A DNA stretch of 42,228 bases, taken from positions 1-42,228 of the IMG/VR virus record IMGVR_UViG_3300021438_000004; one strand, 5' to 3'. The notes below the pieces were generated by a model. The model made no database searches, was not told the origin of the DNA, and worked only from the letters and a program-made list of their open reading frames with translations. Made by a program: the position numbers and the translations under genes. Every line of letters starts with the position of its first letter. Position 1 is the first letter of the stretch. The DNA comes from a virus. This document shows, piece by piece, positions 5,472-13,300 of this stretch.

Positions 5472-5506
5472 CCAACACAAACCGCGAGCCTTATTCCCAA
5501 CACAAA
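5472..5506 (-). repeat. Two further CCAACACAAA direct repeats
   Basis: Copies at 5472-5481 and 5497-5506, same orientation as the 4497-4537 set. Copy 5497-5506 follows a GC hairpin in minus sense. Confidence 0.8.
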
Positions 5507-5519
5507 AAATCGCGCGCTC

Positions 5520-5535
5520 GCCCGCTAAAGCGGGC
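5520..5535 (-). other. GC hairpin GCCCGC-taaa-GCGGGC
   Basis: 6-bp stem. In minus sense it is followed after about 10 nt by AUUUUUUGUGUUGG, the same arrangement as hairpin 2 at 4544-4560. Confidence 0.5.
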
Positions 5536-5666
5536 TCGCGGTCTGCCGACACTTACTTAATCGCGTAAGCGAATACTAAAACTAATCATGTCGTAAACGA
5601 CAAAAGACAAAAGAAAAGAAAGGTGCTCGCTGTCGCTCGCCCTCATCAAACGCCAAAAAACTTCAA

Positions 5667-5681
5667 GGTCGCACGGCGACC
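5667..5681 (-). other. Variant palindrome GGTCGC-acg-GCGACC
   Basis: Same 6+3+6 architecture as the early-arm palindrome. In minus sense it lies just downstream of a perfect TATAAT (5696-5691) and is followed by UUGAAGUUUUUUGG. Confidence 0.5.
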
Positions 5682-6016
5682 CCAGTGCTTATTATAGCCC
5701 CTGGCTATACATATACACTATCGCCTAAAATTATTTTTCCAGTATTTAGGCTCTAGTGTCCCGTATTGTCCGTATTTGTACATATATTTTTAGTGACGTT
5801 AGTCACATTTAGCACTTCAGTGCGTTCGCTTTCGTCTTTTGAACGGGTTAGTATATATAGACGAACGACTACTGCTGAGTGAGTCTATGTGACTGTGAGT
5901 GGTTGGCTAAGGCAGACGAACGAAGTGAGGCTGGCTTTATGCCAGCCACGAACCGAGGGGTTAGCGAGGCGCTGAAAGCGCCGAGCGATAAAGGGGATTT
6001 ATAACGGAGGTTTTAT

Positions 6017-7888
6017 ATGGCTGCCAAGGGTGGTAAAGAACATCACAATGTGGTGGCATTAAAAGAGGCTAAGGCCAAAGTAATAGAATTCGTCAAGCAA
6101 GGTTTAGACTTGCAGGACGCAATCGCCAGGGCTGACAGAAAGCCCGATGTCATGAAGGACTGGCGAAAAGACGAGCAGTTCATGAGAGCCCTAGAAAAGG
6201 CCCGTGAAGAGGGTGAACGTACCCTAAGCATCGTCACAGGGGACGCTAAGTTTAAGATAGGCTTTGAGCAATTCTCAAAAGAGTTTCTAGACTCGCCCAT
6301 CTTTGACCATCACCGTTCTTGGATTGATATCCTAGAAGGACGTGAGCCAAGTTACATTCATGAGAGCATGGTTTATGAGCCTGCCTCGCCTAAGCGGTTG
6401 CTTTTGAATGTGCCGCCTGAGCATGCTAAGTCTACAGTCATTACGGTCAACTACTGCGTCTATCGCATAGCCATGGACCCTAACATTAAAATTACAATTG
6501 TCTCCAAGACTCAGGAGCGTGCCAAGGAGTATCTCTACTCCATCAAGCAACGTCTGAGCCATGAACGCTGGGCCAAGATGCAAGCCGTCTATGGTTCTAC
6601 TGGTGGATGGAAAGAGGATGCAGATACCTGGAAGGCTGATAGGATTTATCTCAGCCGCGATTCCACCGAAAAGGACCCGACTGTTCAGGCTCTGGGTGTG
6701 GGTGGTCAAATCACTGGTGCTCGTTCTAACCTTATTATTCTGGATGACGTCGTTACTACCTCAAATGCCCATGAGTGGGAGAAGCAACTCCTCTGGCTCC
6801 AGCGAGATGTAGTAACTCGTCTTGGTGATGCTGGTAAACTACTTATCGTAGGAACTCGTATCGCGGCTAACGACCTCTATCGAGAGATTCGTAATCCTGA
6901 CCACTGGACGGGTGGCAAGACACCGTTTACATACATGTCAATGCCAGCAGTATTGGAGTATAACGATGACCCAGAAAAATGGACTACCCTTTGGCCAAAG
7001 TCTAATATCCCATGGGAAGGTTCAGAAGACGACATCCTACCCGATGAAAACGGTCTTTACCCTAAATGGGACGGGCCAGCACTGTTTCGCCGACGTTCAG
7101 AAGTCTCTCCTTCTGCTTGGGCACTTGTTTATCAGCAGCAGGACGTCCAGGAAGATTCTATTTTCCCGCCTGCATGTGTCCAAGGTTCAGTCAATAGGAT
7201 GCGCAAACGCGGACCTCTAAAGCCTGGTACGCCTGGTCATCCCGACCAACAAGGTCAGTGGTACACCATCATGGGATTAGACCCTGCGATGGCGGGTAAT
7301 ACCGCTGCTGTTATTATGACGGTTGACCGTCAGACTAGAAAACGCTACATCTTGGATGTAGAGAATATGCAAGAACCAACTCCTCAGAAGATTCAGAAGT
7401 TGATTGAGGATTGGGTAACTAAGTATCGCCCACAAGAACTACGTATTGAGACTAACGCTCATCAGAAGGCTTATGCACTAGATGAGAATCTACGTAACTA
7501 TCTTGCCTCTACTGGTGTGAGGTTCTCAAGCCAGTTTACTGGTAAGAATAAATGGGATACTGGTTTTGGTGTGGCTGCTATGTCAGGTCTGTTTGGGACT
7601 ATGCGCAACAATGTACACCAAGATGATAACTTAATTGAACTTCCATCACAGGATGGTTCAGAAGGTATCAAGGCTTTAATCCAACAATTAATTACTTGGA
7701 AGCCAGATACTAAAGGTAAGACAGACTGCGTAATGGCTTTATGGTTCTGTGAACTACGAGCACGCGAAGTAATCGGAACCACAAGAATGAGTCAAAGCCA
7801 TATCCCTAATAAGTGGGCTACGGCACGACAGCAAAGTACTCGTTATGTTGTAAATCTTAACGATTACGAATTTGCTCAATACGAATAG
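6017..7888 (+). CDS. terL: Terminase large subunit, 623 aa
   Basis: GGAGG 6 nt upstream of the ATG. Walker A-like NVPPEHAKST and Walker B-like LIILDDV. First gene of the long plus arm, followed by a portal-sized ORF. Confidence 0.88.
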   Translation: MAAKGGKEHHNVVALKEAKAKVIEFVKQGLDLQDAIARADRKPDVMKDWRKDEQFMRALEKAREEGERTLSIVTGDAKFKIGFEQFSKEFLDSPIFDHHRSWIDILEGREPSYIHESMVYEPASPKRLLLNVPPEHAKSTVITVNYCVYRIAMDPNIKITIVSKTQERAKEYLYSIKQRLSHERWAKMQAVYGSTGGWKEDADTWKADRIYLSRDSTEKDPTVQALGVGGQITGARSNLIILDDVVTTSNAHEWEKQLLWLQRDVVTRLGDAGKLLIVGTRIAANDLYREIRNPDHWTGGKTPFTYMSMPAVLEYNDDPEKWTTLWPKSNIPWEGSEDDILPDENGLYPKWDGPALFRRRSEVSPSAWALVYQQQDVQEDSIFPPACVQGSVNRMRKRGPLKPGTPGHPDQQGQWYTIMGLDPAMAGNTAAVIMTVDRQTRKRYILDVENMQEPTPQKIQKLIEDWVTKYRPQELRIETNAHQKAYALDENLRNYLASTGVRFSSQFTGKNKWDTGFGVAAMSGLFGTMRNNVHQDDNLIELPSQDGSEGIKALIQQLITWKPDTKGKTDCVMALWFCELRAREVIGTTRMSQSHIPNKWATARQQSTRYVVNLNDYEFAQYE

Positions 7889-7895
7889 GATAATA

Positions 7896-9629
7896 ATGGC
7901 AGACATTAAACTCATCGCACGCCGCGTAGAGGCTATGAAGCATCGCGCCTATGAGCGCGATACCCAAATGGCTAACGTGCTTGCTGTGCGTCAAGGAAAG
8001 ATGGTCGAGATTTTTCCTGACCTATTTCCAGAGGGCATGCCTCATGCTATGGTCGCAAACTTTGTTGATGTTGCAGCACGCGACTTAGCAGAAGTATTAG
8101 CACCACTGCCATCTATCAACTGCTCTACTACTAACGTAACATCAGACCGTGCTCGTGCATTTGCTGACAAGCGCAGCATGATTGCTAACAATTATGTTTA
8201 TCATTCACGTCTGCAGACTCAGATGTATCCAGGTTCTGACCAGTACTTCTCCTATGGTTTCTTGCCAGTACACGTTGAGCCAGACTGGGACAATGACCTT
8301 CCTCGTGTACGCGTAGAAGACCCAACTGGTGTCTACTATGAGCGTGACCGTTTTGGTCGTCTAGTTGCATACGCTAAGCGTTACAACAAGACAATCGGTG
8401 AACTTGTTAATGAGTTCCCTGAGTATGAGCGTGCAATCCTTGGTCAGTTTGGTTTTGACCAGAACATGAATCAAGATATTGAAGTTATCCGCTACATGGA
8501 TAAAGATTCAATCATCTTGTATGTTCCTTCACGCAAAGATTTAGTTTTAAGTTTTGCTAAAAACCCTATGGGTAAAATGACTGTCATTATTGCAGAGCGT
8601 CCATCTATTGATGGAAAGCCTCGTGGACAGTTTGATGATGTAATCTTTGTACAACTTGCTCGTGCTCGTTTTGCTAACCTTGCCATGGAAGCGGCTGAAA
8701 AGTCAATCCAGGCTCCACTTGTAGTACCTGATGATGTTCTAGATATGCCTATGGGCCCAGATGCAATCATTCGTACTACAAATCCAAATGGTGTTGGGCG
8801 TGTTCGTTTGGACATTCCCGCGGCTACTTTCCAGGAGCAATCAGCCCTCCAATCTGAATTGCGTTTAGGTGCTCGATATCCTGAGGGTAGAACTGGAAAC
8901 ATTGACGCTAGTGTTATCACTGGTCAAGGTGTCCAGGCATTACTTGGTGCTTTCGATTCTCAGATTAAGGCTGGTCAAACAGTCCTTGCTGAGGTATTGG
9001 AAGATGTCATCAAGTTATGTTTTGAAATGGATGAACTCCTTTTCAATAAGGAAAAGAGTGTCAGAGGCGTAGCGCAAGGAACACCGTACGAGTTAAAGTA
9101 CATGCCAAGCAAGGACATTAAGGGCGATACTTCTGTAGAAGTTCGATATGGCTTGATGGCTGGATTAGACCCTTCACGCGCTCTGATTTTCTCTCTACAA
9201 GCATTAGGTGCTGATTTAGTATCTAAGGACTTCATTCGTCGTGAGTTGCCATGGAGCGTAAACGTTTCTATGGAAGAGCAGCGTATTGAAATTGAAAAGA
9301 TGCGCGAGAACCTTACTGCATCAATTACTGCGAGTGCACAAGCAATTCCAGCAATGGTAGCGCAAGGTCAAGACCCATCTAAGTTAATTCAGAATATTGC
9401 AGACGTTATTGAACGTCGCCGTAAGGGTGAGACTATAGAGTCTGCTGCGTTGGCAGTGTTTAAGGTGGAAACACCTGCACAGCCTCCACAGACAGAGATG
9501 GCTCCGCCAGGCACACAAGGCCCAGTTGAGCAAGCGCCCCCGTCCCCAGCGGCTCCTGGACAACCTTCTGGCGGGGCCCCTCAACAAGCCCCAGCAGATT
9601 TAACAACAATGTTAGCAGGACTAGGTTAG
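7896..9629 (+). CDS. Portal protein (by position and size), 577 aa
   Basis: ATG 7896 with AGGA upstream; the track start 7872 overlaps terL. Lies immediately after terL. Pro/Gln-rich C-terminus. No motif-level proof. Confidence 0.7.
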   Translation: MADIKLIARRVEAMKHRAYERDTQMANVLAVRQGKMVEIFPDLFPEGMPHAMVANFVDVAARDLAEVLAPLPSINCSTTNVTSDRARAFADKRSMIANNYVYHSRLQTQMYPGSDQYFSYGFLPVHVEPDWDNDLPRVRVEDPTGVYYERDRFGRLVAYAKRYNKTIGELVNEFPEYERAILGQFGFDQNMNQDIEVIRYMDKDSIILYVPSRKDLVLSFAKNPMGKMTVIIAERPSIDGKPRGQFDDVIFVQLARARFANLAMEAAEKSIQAPLVVPDDVLDMPMGPDAIIRTTNPNGVGRVRLDIPAATFQEQSALQSELRLGARYPEGRTGNIDASVITGQGVQALLGAFDSQIKAGQTVLAEVLEDVIKLCFEMDELLFNKEKSVRGVAQGTPYELKYMPSKDIKGDTSVEVRYGLMAGLDPSRALIFSLQALGADLVSKDFIRRELPWSVNVSMEEQRIEIEKMRENLTASITASAQAIPAMVAQGQDPSKLIQNIADVIERRRKGETIESAALAVFKVETPAQPPQTEMAPPGTQGPVEQAPPSPAAPGQPSGGAPQQAPADLTTMLAGLG

Positions 9630-9638
9630 GAGATTGAA

Positions 9639-9884
9639 ATGGCTACTCCACGTAAGAAGCCTTCCCCTAAGAAAGTTCAAGTTGTTGACACTAACGAATA
9701 TAATCGTTTAGAGATTTACTGCATCTGGCTCAATGAATATTACACAACATTGAAGCGTGCAGGTTTTAATGATGATATGGCATTTTGGTTAATCACTAAT
9801 AAAGATTCATATCCAGACTGGGTAAATTTCAAGTTACCTACAAATAATCAAATTGCAGACTACATGGATGAGGATGAAGACTAA
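9639..9884 (+). CDS. Hypothetical protein, 81 aa
   Basis: GGAG SD. Tightly packed in the virion arm. TAATG overlap with the next gene. Confidence 0.7.
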   Translation: MATPRKKPSPKKVQVVDTNEYNRLEIYCIWLNEYYTTLKRAGFNDDMAFWLITNKDSYPDWVNFKLPTNNQIADYMDEDED

Positions 9885-10312
9885 TGGCTATTAATGAAAA
9901 AGTCTCAGGTATGGGAGCAAACGCTTCTCGTACCGATAAAAACCTCAGTGAGCGTGTAGCAAAGGTTCAGCGTGAAGCAAAGATGCAGAATGCATCTGGT
10001 GGCGAATATGGTTCACGTGCAGATTTAACTTCTATTGCTGGTGGAGCACCTACAAATGTTCCAACACCTAGTGTTTCAACTAATCCAATTGCTGCAACTG
10101 TTCAGCCTACTAATGCTTTTACTCCTGGTGCAGGAGATGTTCCTCTTTCACATGGTGCTCCTGGTGGACCAGGTGCAGGAACCGAAGCACTTATGACTCC
10201 TGTTGATGCAGTTGACCAAGGTTCTATTCTTGCTCGTGCACTTCTTGCTGCAAATCCTACATCTCGTCAATTAGCAATGATGGTTGAAGCATATAACGAA
10301 TTGGATATGTAG
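9884..10312 (+). CDS. Hypothetical Ala/Gly/Pro-rich protein, 142 aa
   Basis: TAATG start overlap. Its stop overlaps the GTG of the giant ORF. Confidence 0.7.
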   Translation: MAINEKVSGMGANASRTDKNLSERVAKVQREAKMQNASGGEYGSRADLTSIAGGAPTNVPTPSVSTNPIAATVQPTNAFTPGAGDVPLSHGAPGGPGAGTEALMTPVDAVDQGSILARALLAANPTSRQLAMMVEAYNELDM

Positions 10313-13300
10313 TGGCTGATAAGAAAACTAATATCTATCAGGTTGCATATGGTAATCAAGCATCTCAGATGCAGCGCCTTGTCAACCTTGAAATCGGTGC
10401 GCTAACTCCAGATAAGATGGGAAACTTTAGCGCAATCGTTGCAAAGTATCCTACAATTAGCAAAGACCTAGTTATGGCTATGGTCAAGCAGGGTCTTACT
10501 GCAGATACTCCTGGCTTAGGTAAGATTGTCTCTCTTGATGGTATCACTCAACTTAAGAATGATACTATGAATGTAGACAAGATTAAGTCATCTGTTAAAG
10601 CAGACCGTGGAATTGTTGGTCAAATTGGTGATGCTTTTAGCAATCTTGTATATGACCCATTTAAGGGTGTTACTCGCATAGGTTTTGCTGCGCTTCGTTT
10701 GCCATACGACATGGCAACTGTTGGCATTCGTAATCTTTCTGCTGGCGGAAATGCAATTACAGATGCTAAGAATGCTATCAAAGCAACAACACTTGGTTCA
10801 TTAGTTGCTAGTGGTAATCAAGGAACTGGCGCAGGATTTTTTGTATCACCTGAATCTAAGGTTGGCAAAGACCAGGCTAAAGCAATGGCTGCTTATGGCA
10901 AGATTGCTGGCGAGTCATTTACTATTGGACGTTGGGCTGCTCAATCACTAGCAGCAAGTCCTGATAAGACTGCTTATAAGATTGCTTCTGGTTTGCTTGA
11001 TGCAACTCTCAACATTGCACTTGACCCATCTGTATGGGTAGGACCTGGTTCTGTTGGCAAGATTATTGCACAGGGTAAAAAAGCAACTGCGCTTAAAGAA
11101 GCAATTGCTCCTCTATCTAAGTCAGGTCAAGAAGCATTACAGGCTGAGAAGATTGCTGGTATTCAGCAAGAGACAAAAGCGGCAAAAGATGAAGCCGCTA
11201 AGTTGTGGGCTAAGCAATACAAGCGTATCAACAATGATTATTTGAAGACTTCTAAAGAAGTTGCAGAACTAGAAACCCAGAAGAACAAAATTATGGGTAA
11301 CACAGTCAAGAAACTTCTTAATACAGAAAAAGATTTATACGCTTGGCAGGGTGTTGACAAGAACGCAGAAAAAGTTCTTTCTCCTGACAACCTATCTCAG
11401 TGGCTTGTTACTCATCCAAAGACTCAAACTGGTGAATTAACAAAGGCAATTGATACTTTATCTGCTGATATGAAGAATACTGGCGGATTTTTTGATGGCT
11501 ATCTTATCATGGACGAAGTTCCAAAGGCTGGAAATATCTCAGTTGGAGCACATTACCTAGATGAGTACGCAGTCACAGTCAAGGGAACAGACGATTTTAA
11601 CCTTCTTGACATGGCAAAGGATTTTAAGGGCGCATCAAAAGAAGAAATTACTGTAGAAGCAGCAAATCGTGCAAAACTGCTGGATAAAATTAAGGCATTT
11701 GCAGAAGATGCTAAAGATGTACCAGCAATGCAGGTATTTCAGGAGTTCAGTACAGCGCTTCAACGTCGTGAAGCAAGCCTTGAAGGTTTCTTAGGCTCTC
11801 TTTACCGTGCTGGTGATGACCTTGTACAGGCTCAGCCTCTTGGAAAACTTATTGGCGAACTTGCTGTCTATAAGAGCCCTGCTGCTATGGAAAAAATTGC
11901 ACAGGCAGTGCAGGATATCTGGAAGGTAGATGGCTTTTCGAACATCCGTTCGATTTATGGTGCCACTGGTGGTGTAGTAATCACTAACACTAAGCGTCTT
12001 GCTGCTGTTCGTGCAGAGATTGCCAACGCTGCAGCAGAGATTGCAGACCCAACTAACCTTGGTCCTAACGTTGCTAAGTTGCTTGAGTCAATTAAGCCTA
12101 CTGAGGATTCACTTGTTGCTCGTCAGAATGAACTAGATGACATTGTTAACAAGCAATTGCAACTAGAAGACCACGAGGCATATGTCAAGTCTCTACGTGA
12201 ACTAGCAAACAAAGACCCAGAGATTCTTCGTGAAGTTGCTAGCGACCCACAGTACAAGGGTCTTAAGAAGATTATTAATCTTGAAGCAGATATTGCTGAG
12301 AAGAACGCACTTCGTGAGATGCTTGCTAGCCAAGTTGGTATCACAGATAACTTTGCTGGCAATCTAGACCCAGATGTGGCTCAAAAGGCTATGAAGTTCA
12401 TGCTTGGACGTAATTTTGAGCGTATTGCAGAAGTTGTGGCTAATGTTACAGATGAGGTAACACTTCGTCGTTTCTTTGGTCGTAAACTAGATGATGAGAT
12501 GATTGTATCTCTTACTGCTGCAAAAACAGCAGATGAAGTAACAAATGTCTTCTTAAACCATCTAGGTGCTGAGACAACTGATGTTCGTAACATCAAAAAG
12601 AGTCTATCTATGGGTCTTCGTGTGGCTGCAAGCCCACTTGCTAAGACTGTAGACCCAGTTAACCTTCGTGCTGTTCAGTATGCAATGAACATTGATAAGG
12701 CATTTAACCGTTTTTACGTACGTGGCACTATGCTCAACCTTGGAGATTTAACTTCTCTTAACAATGGTTTTGAAGACTGGGCTACATCAACAGCATTTGG
12801 CAAGGTAATTGGTAAGAAGAACCAAGAGCGTATTGTTGAAGAAACACAACGCGCTATCTTTAGAGCAACTACCAACCAAGAACGTGGTGCTGCAATTGCA
12901 AATGGCGTTGATGCCATGGTTGCAGAGGCTGCAAAGGCTCTTAATCTATCTGCAGATGATATTAAACTTCTACAGAATGCAACCAAGATTAACGGAAAAG
13001 AAGAGTCTATCCACTCTGAGTATCACCTCAGCAAGATTCTAGGCAATGATGGTGCTGGCATTGTTAATGCTAACCAGGAATTGATTCCTATGGAGAAGGC
13101 TATCCTTGAGAATCAGTTGCTTAAAGATGTAGTTAATCTACCAGATAGCCGTGCTGTGTCTCGTTCACTCATTAAGATGAACGCTAACATGATTTATGGA
13201 ACAAGAAACGCTGTACGAGTTGCTGCAGAAGAACTTGGAGACCACTGGCGTACTGCTCAGTTAGTATTCCGCTTCTCTTATATCTTCCGTAACATTGCAG

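Noticed and set aside
4432-5568. Track ORFs 4432-4644(+), 5225-5422(-), 5325-5552(-) and 5368-5568(+) in the GC-rich intergenic segments
   Set aside because: They run through terminator hairpins, the palindrome and the CCRACACAAA repeats. They are Arg/Pro/Gly-rich as expected for random GC-rich frames, and they lack SD sequences.
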